From NCBI GenBank assembly GCA_048882385.1, contig JBHLRQ010000007.1, positions 1 through 58,172 of the forward strand: a stretch of 58,172 bases of DNA, in the 5' to 3' direction. A program made the position numbers and the translations under genes. Source of the stretch: Candidatus Thorarchaeota archaeon (GTDB lineage: Archaea > Asgardarchaeota > Thorarchaeia > Thorarchaeales > Thorarchaeaceae). Shown here piece by piece: positions 18,428 through 28,818 of this stretch (positions are counted from its first letter, which is position 1; each line of letters starts with the position of its first letter). The notes under the pieces were generated by a model, which was not told the origin of the DNA, did no database searches, and saw only the letters and a list, made by a program, of their open reading frames with translations.

Positions 18428-19239
18428 TGTTCATCCACCTTGAAATCGTTCTTCTTTGTTCTCAGACTGCCGACATCATTAGCTATCGCGTCAAGATGTT
18501 GCATTATTATACGTACTGACATGGCAAGATTCTCATCATTGTTGAAATCATCCACAATCTTGCGAAGCTCTTCCTTTGGTAGTTCCTTCATCTCCTTGGA
18601 AAATTTGACCATGAGAGGAAGAGCCCGAGTTATATTGTCTACAAGAGTCACGTCAGAAAATACTGCGGTCCTACTCATTGGATTCAAGTCAATTGTAATA
18701 ACAAACTTATCCATAGCCTTCAGAGCCTCTGTTCTGTCTCCATCCTCCAGTGGGACTAGTACAACATCAGCAGCCCCAATACCATCTGGGTCGACCTTTC
18801 TTCGATTGCTACTCAACTCAGGAATTTGAGTAGATGGTCTATCATGTGTTCCCAACAATATCTTCATACCTGACTTGGCGAGCATGTCCCTTATGGCATC
18901 TTCACGTTCCTTCCGATAATAGAAAAGATTAACCTCCAATGGAGCATTTGCAAGTTCAGAAAGTTCGACAAGTTCGTCAGGAACTAGAGCGCATGCATTC
19001 CCATTGACACTAATAACGGGATGCTCCGCTAATAACATAGCAGCAACTGCAGCTTGAGCTGCTTTTTCAGCTAGCTCAGTTGTCCGTTCTCCTATAAGAT
19101 AATCAAAAGCTTCTCCTCGACCATGTGCTAATAGTCCAGCAGTAGCCACGACATTTAGTTCATGACCTTCAATGATTGCTTCTCGAGTTTCAAGCGATAC
19201 TCTGCGAGGATGATCAGGTGGTACATCAATCTTCACCAT
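18424..19239 (-). CDS. Phosphopantothenate synthetase (4-phosphopantoate--beta-alanine ligase, PPS)
   Basis: HPRRVSL, AHGRGEAFDYLIGE, ISVNGN, VPLEDGDR, IDLNPMSRT. Confidence 0.93.
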   Translation of the reverse strand: MVKIDVPPDHPRRVSLETREAIIEGHELNVVATAGLLAHGRGEAFDYLIGERTTELAEKAAQAAVAAMLLAEHPVISVNGNACALVPDELVELSELANAPLEVNLFYYRKEREDAIRDMLAKSGMKILLGTHDRPSTQIPELSSNRRKVDPDGIGAADVVLVPLEDGDRTEALKAMDKFVITIDLNPMSRTAVFSDVTLVDNITRALPLMVKFSKEMKELPKEELRKIVDDFNNDENLAMSVRIIMQHLDAIANDVGSLRTKKNDFKVDEQ

Positions 19240-20162
19240 CAGAGTAACCTCCCACCCGAATCAGATATTTCTGTCACAAATACCTCAGTCGCGTCCCAAT
19301 AATTTGCGAGAATGTCTTTGACCTCTGATGTTTCTGATTTGTCACAGAAACAGAACACAGAGTCACCTAGCATCACCATACTAGAGTTTGAAAACCCGTT
19401 AGATTCTAGATCAATTAGAGCGGTCTTTACCCTCCAAGTCTTTAGTCCAATAGCCTCTGAGAATTCGCGCGAACATTGAATGAATGTTTCCATTTTCAAT
19501 TCATCAATGATTCGAGAAACAAGATCATCCCCAACTGTGTTGATTAATTCTCGACAGTATTGATTTGACAGAATTTCAGAGGTTTCTAAGCCAGGAGCAC
19601 CAGCAAGGACAACTCTGAGTGAATCATCATGAGCAATGTTCAAAGTCTCTCCTATTCCTGGACTTCCAGGTGTTTTTCGGACTTCAATGCCACCGACAGT
19701 CTGGGAGATTACATCACCAAGACCTGTTCGATTGACGACTTCAGCAAAGTGTGCATAACTAGCAGATTTTACTGGGGATATCTCATTGTCAAGCAGATAT
19801 CCAAGGGCATAAGCAGTACCAAGAGCACCAGCTCCTGATGCTCCAAAACCAGCCCCTGAAATTAGAGAGGAGTCATGTTTTACATGAACCTTGAGTGTCC
19901 TCTCATAATCGTCTGTCAATCTCCGTACCACCGTCTTTGTAACCTTTGCATCGATGCGCTCATTGTTGTAATCTGTTGTAATCTCTGATGACGAGTGTTC
20001 CATTACGGATACAGTTGTTTCTGTTCCGATGGCCACTGAGAAACCTGCACCTATTGACCCGCAACGGAGTGGATCCTCATACTCGTCATAGATACGAAAG
20101 ATCCCTGTGACATGACCAGGCACGAAAGCCTTGGCTGTCAGTGCTGTATCCTGTTGTGTCAT
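19239..20162 (-). CDS. Pantoate kinase (PoK, GHMP family); probable start ATG 20162
   Basis: AFVPGHVTG, GSIGAG, GAGFGASGAG, TGLGDV, MVMLGDSVF. Confidence 0.9.
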   Translation of the reverse strand: MTQQDTALTAKAFVPGHVTGIFRIYDEYEDPLRCGSIGAGFSVAIGTETTVSVMEHSSSEITTDYNNERIDAKVTKTVVRRLTDDYERTLKVHVKHDSSLISGAGFGASGAGALGTAYALGYLLDNEISPVKSASYAHFAEVVNRTGLGDVISQTVGGIEVRKTPGSPGIGETLNIAHDDSLRVVLAGAPGLETSEILSNQYCRELINTVGDDLVSRIIDELKMETFIQCSREFSEAIGLKTWRVKTALIDLESNGFSNSSMVMLGDSVFCFCDKSETSEVKDILANYWDATEVFVTEISDSGGRLL

Positions 20163-20264
20163 CAAGGTGTCAGCCAAAATTCTCTCAACCAAGTCGTGTA
20201 TTAAATATTCTTTATACATTCATCTATGGGGATATACATGTATATACATTGCTAAAAAGTAGAG

Positions 20265-21098
20265 TTATTTCAGTGGTACAATCCGGGTATACTGCTTCAC
20301 ACGAGGATCATCCGATGGAGGAGCAGGATACGCCCATCGAGCATCAATGTCACGACCACTTAGGTCGAAGACCCTGAAACTTCCAGAAGACCACGTGAGT
20401 GGACTGAATCCAAGAAGAAGCGTTTGTGTCCGCCAGCTTGTGACGCATAGGTGCCTATTCATTCCAGCAGTGGGAACAACAAGAAAAACATTGGAAAGTT
20501 CCATCAAAAGAGAAGTGCTGATTCTATAGAAGAAACTATACATTTTTCTATGCTCCTCAGTGCCCTGTTCTCGCAGATCATTGAGATAGCGAATGATAGT
20601 GTCATCATGAACTGAAGGATCCATCACATCTGAAAGCTCTTCCACATCAACAACAACTGCTGTTTCGAAGTAATAGGCTAGTGGAAATTCAGTCACATGA
20701 AACATGATGAATTTCTCTTTTGTAATGGTCTGGTACAGATGCTGGAAGATTGCCTGTTTGGAGTAGAGCATGTTAACGTCAAGTGTAGCTGGATTGAAGT
20801 TATCGGATTCGTCTGACACGACTATTCTGAACATGTCATCAAGCATGTCTCCATCATATCCAATTCGGATCGTATAGTAGGGAAGTTCTCCGCCCTCTTC
20901 CATCTGTCCAGTCGAAACAAGATATTGATTGAAGTCCCTTTGGAAAGTATCAACCTCATTGTCATTATCAGTGACGAACATTGATTGGCTTGGAGAATCA
21001 AATGCTCGGACTACTTTATCATAGGCTTCAAAACGGGCCCTCTTATCAGGCTCGAACTCTTTCAGGAGTTCATCCAAGTCACGAGAAGAGTCAGCCAC
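20265..21098 (-). CDS. Hypothetical protein
   Basis: 277-aa ORF with protein-like composition; no motif recognised. Confidence 0.65.
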   Translation of the reverse strand: MADSSRDLDELLKEFEPDKRARFEAYDKVVRAFDSPSQSMFVTDNDNEVDTFQRDFNQYLVSTGQMEEGGELPYYTIRIGYDGDMLDDMFRIVVSDESDNFNPATLDVNMLYSKQAIFQHLYQTITKEKFIMFHVTEFPLAYYFETAVVVDVEELSDVMDPSVHDDTIIRYLNDLREQGTEEHRKMYSFFYRISTSLLMELSNVFLVVPTAGMNRHLCVTSWRTQTLLLGFSPLTWSSGSFRVFDLSGRDIDARWAYPAPPSDDPRVKQYTRIVPLK

Positions 21099-21349
21099 TT
21101 ATCAGCACCAACCGAGGTATTTGTTGAAGTTTTATGTTTCCAAGTATCAAAATCGTGGATTTATTTTACACGATTCATTGACGGTTTTTCCACTAATATA
21201 ACCGTTACCGGTAATAACGCTCAAACTCATCATCTCATATATTCTTTGCCTAGCAATATACCAATGATACACTGAGACATATACTCACTTTTCAGGCATT
21301 CCCACAAGTCTTATCCGGATTCTAGTGTGAAATACAATAGTCAAGAGAG

Positions 21350-22600
21350 GTGACAAAACCGATGGAGCACACATCAAAGCTCATCAAGGGAAGCCTGAGT
21401 GACTCATTGAAAGGCAAGTCAATTGCTCTGTGCATAACCGGCAGTGTCGGAGCTGTTGAGTGTGTTGCGATTGCTAGGAAATTGATGCGTCACGGTGCTG
21501 AAATCTATACTGTCATGAGTACTGCCGCACAGGAGATAATTCATCCCTATTTAATGGAATGGGCTACGGGAAATGCAGTTATCACCAAGCTCACGGGGCA
21601 GATTGAACATGTCACTCTAGCAGGAAAGCACAAAGGACACGTTGATCTTGTGATGATTGCACCAGCCACTGCGAACACTATTGGAAAGGTCGCAAATGGA
21701 ATTGATGACACACCCGTTACGACAACCGTTTCTTCTGCGATTGGTGCAGGAATCCCCTTGATTATCGTACCAGCAATGCACGAGTCAATGTATGACCATC
21801 CTGCAGTAATTGAGAATATTGAGAAGTTAAAATCCATGGGAGTAATCATTGTTTCTCCTAGAATGGAAGAGGCAAAGGCAAAGATACCATCAGTTGACAC
21901 AATCGTAGAGCAGGTTCTGACTGTGTTGGGACCCAAAGACCTAGAGGGGAAACGTTTCGTGGTCACAGCGGGACCAACAAGAGGTTGGATAGACAGAGTA
22001 TGGTATATGTCGAATCCGTCCTCTGGCAAGATGGGTATTGCGTTAGCAGAGAATCTACTACTTAGGGGAGCTGCAGTCACACTGATCACAGGGCAGATTT
22101 CAGAGAGTGTGCCAGCTCAAGCAGAAGTACGCAGAGTCAATACTACCCAAGAGATGTTGGACACTGTGCTGGATGAGATATCCATACACAATGCAGATGT
22201 CTTCATTTCTGCTGCGGCAGTCCTCGACTATGAGCCCTCAGAGAAAGAAGACAGGAAAATTGGTTCTGGGTCGGAGGATTTGAGTGTTAAACTAGTCCCC
22301 ACGAAGAAGATAATCGACGAAGCGAGAAAGAAGTACAAGGACCTGTTCATCGTTGGATTCAAGGTGGAGTCAGGGGTATCAGACAAGGAACTCGAGGAAA
22401 GGGCACGTGCAAAGGTTAAGTCAGGCATTTGTGACTTGGTTGTGGCTAATGATTCAGAGAAGAAAGGAGTCGCCTTTGGTACAGACACGAATGAGGTCCT
22501 GATTGTAGGTGGAAAGGACTACAAGAAGCATGTACCACTTGCACCTAAGAGTGAGATAGCACGTCAGATAGTTGACGTCATCATTGAGAGGATGAAGTAG
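21350..22600 (+). CDS. coaBC: Bifunctional phosphopantothenoylcysteine decarboxylase/synthetase
   Basis: TGSVGA, APATANTIGK, PAMHESMY, TAGPT, SNPSSGKMG, VGFKVE, VVAND. Confidence 0.95.
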   Translation: MTKPMEHTSKLIKGSLSDSLKGKSIALCITGSVGAVECVAIARKLMRHGAEIYTVMSTAAQEIIHPYLMEWATGNAVITKLTGQIEHVTLAGKHKGHVDLVMIAPATANTIGKVANGIDDTPVTTTVSSAIGAGIPLIIVPAMHESMYDHPAVIENIEKLKSMGVIIVSPRMEEAKAKIPSVDTIVEQVLTVLGPKDLEGKRFVVTAGPTRGWIDRVWYMSNPSSGKMGIALAENLLLRGAAVTLITGQISESVPAQAEVRRVNTTQEMLDTVLDEISIHNADVFISAAAVLDYEPSEKEDRKIGSGSEDLSVKLVPTKKIIDEARKKYKDLFIVGFKVESGVSDKELEERARAKVKSGICDLVVANDSEKKGVAFGTDTNEVLIVGGKDYKKHVPLAPKSEIARQIVDVIIERMK

Positions 22601-22601
22601 G

Positions 22602-22964
22602 TTAGAGTATCTCAAGAAGAGATTCAGCCATTCTTTTCATGTCTACGAAAATCAGTCCAATTTGAGCGTCAGCCTTAGCCAATACGAGAAACAGTGCATT
22701 TTCGCCAACAGAAGTGAGCAAAGTGTAGCCACGATCACTCTTTACATAGATTTCCATTAGAGTTCCACGGTCAAGCTCATTTGTTGCTTTCTCTCCTAGA
22801 GATAGCATAGCAGCACTGATTGCCGCCACACTCTCCTGTTCAGCTTCGGGAAGTGCTGATGAAATCATCAAACCATCTGCAGAAACAAGAGCGGCTCCTT
22901 CAACTCCAGGCACTGTTTCAAAATCACGAATTATCTTGTTGATGCTATCGACACGGCTTGACAT
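22602..22964 (-). CDS. Roadblock/LC7 (MglB-like) domain protein; probable start ATG 22964
   Basis: GVEGAALVSADGLMISSALP, AAISAAMLSLG, GLIFVDMK. Confidence 0.92.
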   Translation of the reverse strand: MSSRVDSINKIIRDFETVPGVEGAALVSADGLMISSALPEAEQESVAAISAAMLSLGEKATNELDRGTLMEIYVKSDRGYTLLTSVGENALFLVLAKADAQIGLIFVDMKRMAESLLEIL

Positions 22965-23047
22965 ACTTGCACCCTCGACCAATCCGAACAAACGCTAGTC
23001 TGTGGCCACTCTATAATAACTTATTGCATCTATGGAATTCAAAGGTA

Positions 23048-26000
23048 TTATACTCCAAAATACTCCTTCACATCAGCTTTTCCGTCTTCATTCTCTCTTC
23101 TCTTCTGTTCTTCCTTGGTCATTTTTCTCTCTCGAGAGGATTTGTCACGGGACCATGGCATGTCATCCCCACGCCGCTTTTTGAAGTACAACCATCCTCC
23201 AACTATAGCAACGACACCTCCTCCGAGCACTCCAATAATCAACCATGGGAATGGACGAACTAGTAGATATCGTTCCAGTGTAAGAGATAGAGTATCGTAG
23301 CCAGCTTTTGATGCAACAATTTGCAAGTCAAAATCACCAATGTTACTAGAAGTCCATTCGCCTGACAATTCAACCCGGAATATTCCAGGCGCGGATTCCG
23401 TTGCAACTAGTTGGCTGGAGTTAATCCAAGTCGTGACTTCAGCACCCGTAATTTCTGTTCCAACGAGGTCCTTGAGTTCAAGAAAGATGGTTACTGTATC
23501 ACCAGCCCAGATTATCTGATTACTGAGAGAGATTCCTGTCAAAAGTATGGATGGCGCGTCGCTCCATGCCACTGCATTCTCAACAGTTTCGTTCCAAACA
23601 AGACCTGTAGGTGAGGTAGTAGTCAGAGCAATCTTACCAGAACCTATAGCTCCAGCTACTATTACTGGATTCGTACCATCAGTTGCGAGGATTGAAAGAT
23701 TTGCCCAAACAGATGAGAAATGACCTTGAAAATCTACAGAAGAATTCAATGTATTGGGAATACTAAGAAGCGGATGAGAATCATCAAGGAGAGATATCGA
23801 TGTCCCACTACTGGAAGAACTGTAAGTGACTTCCCATGGCATCCAATCAAGATTGTCTGTTACACCGAAGAGTACAAACACTCCACCATACCGAACATAG
23901 TTTGCTATATCAGTACTGGAAGCTGAGAAACTAGGTCCAAGGTCAGGTAGTGTTTCTGGTTCTACAAGTACAATTTTTCTCAATGGGAGAAGTTGAGTGA
24001 AACTTGTATAGTTAGTAGATTCATAATAATCAAAATCAAAACCAAGTGACGTGAGTACATCGGGAAGAGCACTGGAAGCACCTAATGCAGCAATGGCAGG
24101 TATACCGCGACCTGGCACGTGACTTCCATATGTTTCAGCTAGTGGATTATGAGAAACAACATGAAGAGAAGTACTTGGCTCATATAGACGAACTGAAGGG
24201 TCTCCAAACAGAATCTGTTGGTTAGCATAGTCACGAGGGTCTCTATCAGTAAGGGGATCGGTGTAGTCCGCAGATATTGATTTCAGACTACTAGTAAGTG
24301 CCTCACCGATTGTATTTCCAGCACAAAGGGATTCAGCTAAAAGTACTGAGAGCATTCCAGCAGGCTGGAAGTATACAGTTCTTGGAGCTGCAGTGATTCC
24401 AACAGCACCGTGCTCCATAAGCATTAGTGGCATTCCTGTACCTCCAAGTAGACAGGCGGTCAGTATTATAATTGGAGAGCCAATATTGCTAATAGCTGCT
24501 TCAAGGTCAGATGTTGATCGTGTAACATGATTTGCATTTTCAGCTGGATAGATTACCGGATTGACTAAGCTATCTGAATCTTGACTACTTTCGCGCACAC
24601 TTTCGCTTTCCTCAAAACCCCAAGAAGCATCAGAAATCCTCATTGAAAAGTAACCAGGTCCTGCAGGTCTGTTAGGTGGGTCTCTCGGCACTAACGTAAG
24701 TGTACCATGCGTACTGAGAGACCAAAGCGCAACCTGAGAGTCGATCATATCAAAGACTTCGTTCTGGCCAACATGAAGCTCAATTGTGAATCCTGCAGAT
24801 TCAAGTGCATCTGTTGTATTCTCAATTTGATAGAGTGCGTAATAGTTGTAGTCATTATCTATGAAAAGTGCTCCATCTGTATAGGCGTACATACTCACTA
24901 GAGTAGTATCTGCAGATTCTGCTGTCATGAATAAGAACCTATGAAGAAGTCCTCGATTGATGAGAACTGAGGCCATTGCTGCATCCGTAGCTGGAATGCG
25001 TCCAGGCATGAAATGAGTTTGGAGAGACCTATCAAAGCTCAGTGGAAGAAGAGAATCAGGAGCAACTACAACAACTGGTTGAGGATCTGAAGAATTGTAT
25101 GCACCTCTGGCAGATAGAAATGACTCAAAGCTGTCCACTGATTCCATCATCGAATACTTATTGGGAATCCGTTCATCATACCAACCATTCTCAGCACGAT
25201 TCTCATACTTGTTGATAACATAGATATTGTTAATCTCAGGACCAATCAAATATGGAGCCCACGTTTCTTGTGCACGCGTAGTGATTGAGTTGTCAGTTCC
25301 AGTTAGAGAGAATATTGGAGCGCCATGCACAGCCGCTGAAAATGCTGCAGGTGCAAAGAACTCGTTTCCATCACCTACTGGAACTGTTACTACAATATCA
25401 GTAGATTCTGATAGAGAGGTTATCGTTGAGGAAACCATAGAATGACTTTGGAGGTTGGTAACACTTGTGGATACATTTAGGAGTCCTTCAAGTCCAGAGC
25501 CTTGGATATTGGAAGGATCAACAAGCCAAGTATCGGTGACGCCAAGTTTCGCTAGCGCCCATTGAGTTTCTATAGGAATCTGATTAGCATATACATAAAG
25601 AAGAGGAGCATTAAGAAGTGATGCTAAGACTGCTGCATTCGATGCCGCTTCAAAATATGATTGCAAATTAGTTGGTAACATTGATATTTCCCAGGATAAG
25701 TCAATATTGTTCTGCTCAGTAGTTGCATCCATCCAGGCAGCAATTACTGTCCATTCTCCAGACATCGGATAAGGTAACTCTATAGACTCGGTACCAGGAT
25801 TGGATAGAATACTTCCAGCTGGTGCCCACATCGTCATACGACCAGTTGGATCCACAAGAGCCAGATTCAGATCAGTCGCTGCATTATCCCAGTTCAAAGA
25901 TACACTCAACTCTCTAGCGTTAGATGGAACATCGATGGTCTGTGTAAAACCAGGATGTGAGATAAGATCACAAATTATGCTAGTAATACCTTCACTATGG

Positions 26001-26911
26001 CGCGTCACATTCATGGTCCACTGACCATCATCAGTTTTTGGAAACCAAAAGTTGAGAGGCACTGGGGACTCCACATATCTCAAATCTCGTGAGAAGTAAA
26101 TCTGATTCCACACAGAATAATCTACAATCGCTCCATTTGGATCAATGAGCTCATGGGTAAGAATCTCATTTCCTGTCCAATTGAAAGCCCCCTCAATCCA
26201 GCCAGCCCATGACGAAGGTGTGAAAGTTATGCTAGAAGGAGCTCCGTATGTAGCTATACCGGTAAACTCGGATAGTTCCGATGTTCTATCTTGGAATGTA
26301 TGGGTTGCATTCCCTATGATTGTTGAAGGAGTATTGAAGTCATCAATTGCCAAAGCAATAATGGCTGTGTTACTTGCACTCCATTCTGAAACAGCTATCT
26401 TGGCAGCAATATCAGCCGCATTTTCACCGGTAATTCGTGGATACACTTTGAAGCCAATATTATGCTGTAGCATAGTGATATGGTCTTCTGAAAAATCACC
26501 AACACCAAATGCCTGAGTGATTCCACCATCGACATCAAGATACTCAGTCCAATCCTCAAGAAGCCATTCCTCACTCTGTGAACCCTCACTATAGATCAGA
26601 GGGGATATGTACTGTGTATCATTGTGATAAAAGATGGATGTTGGAACTGATGCTATGTATGCAAACTCATCCAAGTAAGAGTTTGGATCTGATGCAACAA
26701 AAGCTACTCTACGAAGTGGAACTTGGTTGGAGGGAACATCGCTTGGCAAGAACGGTGAGAAAGGACTACTCATCCAAGACATACTCATGAAGGTGCCAGT
26801 TATGGAATAGGCGGACCCAAATATGAGTAGGACAGCAAGTATCGAGAGAAGCTTGTTTCTATGATTAGTCATCATGGCGCACTCCGATAAAGGCACCTTC
26901 GATGTTCTCAA
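23048..26911 (-). CDS. Large secreted, membrane-anchored protein with a C25 (gingipain-like) peptidase-like region and PPC-like domains
   Basis: Signal peptide; WDNAATDLNLALVDP; STHG ... TACLLG ... LFGDP; C-terminal TM helix plus basic tail; 1287 aa. Confidence 0.7.
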   Translation of the reverse strand: MRTSKVPLSECAMMTNHRNKLLSILAVLLIFGSAYSITGTFMSMSWMSSPFSPFLPSDVPSNQVPLRRVAFVASDPNSYLDEFAYIASVPTSIFYHNDTQYISPLIYSEGSQSEEWLLEDWTEYLDVDGGITQAFGVGDFSEDHITMLQHNIGFKVYPRITGENAADIAAKIAVSEWSASNTAIIALAIDDFNTPSTIIGNATHTFQDRTSELSEFTGIATYGAPSSITFTPSSWAGWIEGAFNWTGNEILTHELIDPNGAIVDYSVWNQIYFSRDLRYVESPVPLNFWFPKTDDGQWTMNVTRHSEGITSIICDLISHPGFTQTIDVPSNARELSVSLNWDNAATDLNLALVDPTGRMTMWAPAGSILSNPGTESIELPYPMSGEWTVIAAWMDATTEQNNIDLSWEISMLPTNLQSYFEAASNAAVLASLLNAPLLYVYANQIPIETQWALAKLGVTDTWLVDPSNIQGSGLEGLLNVSTSVTNLQSHSMVSSTITSLSESTDIVVTVPVGDGNEFFAPAAFSAAVHGAPIFSLTGTDNSITTRAQETWAPYLIGPEINNIYVINKYENRAENGWYDERIPNKYSMMESVDSFESFLSARGAYNSSDPQPVVVVAPDSLLPLSFDRSLQTHFMPGRIPATDAAMASVLINRGLLHRFLFMTAESADTTLVSMYAYTDGALFIDNDYNYYALYQIENTTDALESAGFTIELHVGQNEVFDMIDSQVALWSLSTHGTLTLVPRDPPNRPAGPGYFSMRISDASWGFEESESVRESSQDSDSLVNPVIYPAENANHVTRSTSDLEAAISNIGSPIIILTACLLGGTGMPLMLMEHGAVGITAAPRTVYFQPAGMLSVLLAESLCAGNTIGEALTSSLKSISADYTDPLTDRDPRDYANQQILFGDPSVRLYEPSTSLHVVSHNPLAETYGSHVPGRGIPAIAALGASSALPDVLTSLGFDFDYYESTNYTSFTQLLPLRKIVLVEPETLPDLGPSFSASSTDIANYVRYGGVFVLFGVTDNLDWMPWEVTYSSSSSGTSISLLDDSHPLLSIPNTLNSSVDFQGHFSSVWANLSILATDGTNPVIVAGAIGSGKIALTTTSPTGLVWNETVENAVAWSDAPSILLTGISLSNQIIWAGDTVTIFLELKDLVGTEITGAEVTTWINSSQLVATESAPGIFRVELSGEWTSSNIGDFDLQIVASKAGYDTLSLTLERYLLVRPFPWLIIGVLGGGVVAIVGGWLYFKKRRGDDMPWSRDKSSRERKMTKEEQKRRENEDGKADVKEYFGV

Positions 26912-26966
26912 CTTGCTAAATAGAGTTTTCTTGTGGAAGCACTCGAATTTAAGGAATCAGGAAAGA

Positions 26967-27839
26967 TTATTCATCCTCACTGAATTCAAGCAAATCTTCG
27001 TCAAAATCGTCGTCCCCATCATCTGACTCTTCTTCATCAGGAAGAGCATCAATGAGATCATCAATGATTCGTCTTAACCGACGGCGAGTGCTCTTAGGAA
27101 CATCCCACATTTTCTGTTCAGCACGTTCTACTACTTCTCTAGCAATGTCGTAGATCTCAGCCTCATAATAATTCTGAGCAGCCTCAACAAAGTGCTCAGC
27201 AGCTTTCTTCTGATTGCCGCCAGTTTCAGCAATATCACCGAGTAAAGAGAGCGCGTCTGCGATTCCAGCTTTGTCTTCAATTTCTCTATAGACTTTGAGT
27301 GCCTTCTTGATGGTTGTGTCAGCCAGTGTCCAGTCTTCTTTATCGACATAGGCTGCACCCATATCCATAATTACACTAGCAACACCCTGTTGATTGTCAA
27401 GCGCTTTGTATGCTTTCTGTGCTTGCTTAAAATGATTCATTGCAATATCTAAACTGCCTTGACCAAGATTTGCGAGAGCAAGTCCGTAAATTGTGTCAGC
27501 TGCACCACCATCATTGGAGGTTTTTTCAAACATCTTCTTTGCTGCCTCAAGAGTGCTTATCGCCTCATCCCAGCGTTCGAGATTGATTTGAGCCACTCCA
27601 AGATTGTACATTGTATCGCACACACCAGTTTCATCTTTCAATTTCTTGTATATTTCCAATGAATCACTGAAACACTTGTGAGCCTCTTCGAATTCAGCAA
27701 CGGACATATAGATATTACCAACTGCATTGAACATCTTAGCAGCAGTTTCGTTGTCTCCGGCTTCTTTAGCTTCTGCGGCTTGTTCCAAAAGCTCAGCAGG
27801 GTCCATGTCTTCTATGTCTTCAGTCATAAGGCTCACCAT
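26967..27839 (-). CDS. TPR-repeat protein with an acidic C-terminus
   Basis: Repeated ~40-aa helical units (GNIY..EFEEA, NLGVAQ..WDEA, DMGAAY..DWTLA). Confidence 0.88.
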   Translation of the reverse strand: MVSLMTEDIEDMDPAELLEQAAEAKEAGDNETAAKMFNAVGNIYMSVAEFEEAHKCFSDSLEIYKKLKDETGVCDTMYNLGVAQINLERWDEAISTLEAAKKMFEKTSNDGGAADTIYGLALANLGQGSLDIAMNHFKQAQKAYKALDNQQGVASVIMDMGAAYVDKEDWTLADTTIKKALKVYREIEDKAGIADALSLLGDIAETGGNQKKAAEHFVEAAQNYYEAEIYDIAREVVERAEQKMWDVPKSTRRRLRRIIDDLIDALPDEEESDDGDDDFDEDLLEFSEDE

Positions 27840-27952
27840 GCAATTATCATCGGTTCCGGGCTATATCGCTTTTGATTCTTTCTGAACGACCTCATTGACT
27901 ACAAATTTTGATGACAAAGGGCGGGTTTTTGAATTATGTCATCGTATTGATA

Positions 27953-28666
27953 CTATTTCTTCATTAGGAGTACAGGATTTTCTAGTAGGGCTCTTACTGA
28001 ATCTTTCACAACGAATTGTTCATCGCCTACTTGTACCTCAAGGAGTTTTCTGAGCTCAAATCTCCTGAGATATCCTACAGCTTGATCGCGTTCCAGATTC
28101 AGGTCTTTCATCAAGTTTTGAAGCCCTTTCTTATTCCCGCTAAATTCTGCAAACTTGCTAAAGACTGAACTCCATTGCATCATAACGAGGTAGAGTAAAG
28201 TCCTGAGCATACTGTCAACGTTCTCTCCGGTTTTAGCAGATACTGGAAAAACCGGTAATCCAGCTAGGAATCTAAGATTCTTTCTTAGTTGATCTACTGG
28301 CCGTGATTTTTTCAAATCTTGTTTGTTTGCCGCCACAACACAGGGTACGCCGGGTAGAAAGAACGCGATCTCTCTGAAGAAGAGCTTTGCACGAGCGTCA
28401 GATTCAGGATCAACTGAGTCAACAACAAAGATGATTCCATCTGCACCCTCACTGAGAATCTTACGCATTGTTCGGAACCGGAGCAATCCTGGAGTACCAA
28501 ACATGAAAACATTCATTCCATCCACATTGGCAAGTCCATGATCCATTGCAATGGTGGTTCCACCTCTTTCAACATTGATACAAGCACCATTTGTGATATG
28601 ATGAATCATCTGGCTCTTGCCAGCTTCATATGGACCTGTCACAACTATCTTCATTCTACCACCCAT
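27953..28666 (-). CDS. Small GTPase (ATP_bind_1/MglA-related) with a possible C-terminal wHTH
   Basis: GPYEAGKS, TTIAMDHG, FGTPG, NKQD, SAK. Confidence 0.85.
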   Translation of the reverse strand: MGGRMKIVVTGPYEAGKSQMIHHITNGACINVERGGTTIAMDHGLANVDGMNVFMFGTPGLLRFRTMRKILSEGADGIIFVVDSVDPESDARAKLFFREIAFFLPGVPCVVAANKQDLKKSRPVDQLRKNLRFLAGLPVFPVSAKTGENVDSMLRTLLYLVMMQWSSVFSKFAEFSGNKKGLQNLMKDLNLERDQAVGYLRRFELRKLLEVQVGDEQFVVKDSVRALLENPVLLMKK

Positions 28667-28818
28667 GCTCTGACTCTGAATCGTTATGTTTCCAATATTC
28701 TGATGCTCATTATAAGGTTTGTAGTGCTATTATCGGTCTAACAAGTTCGGGCGCCAGATGCATTATCCACAGGTCTAAATCATTGAATTGCGCAAAATAG
28801 AAAACAGATTCGTAGTGG

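Noticed and set aside
27908-27945. AUGA-containing hairpin after the GTPase gene considered as a SECIS
   Set aside because: GAUGACA/UGUCAUC is fully Watson-Crick with no tandem G.A core, and the gene has no in-frame UGA; more likely a 3' hairpin.
28745-28790. Possible second SECIS downstream of selD (AUGAUUUAGAC...)
   Set aside because: No correctly placed GA on the 3' side and only weak helix pairing.
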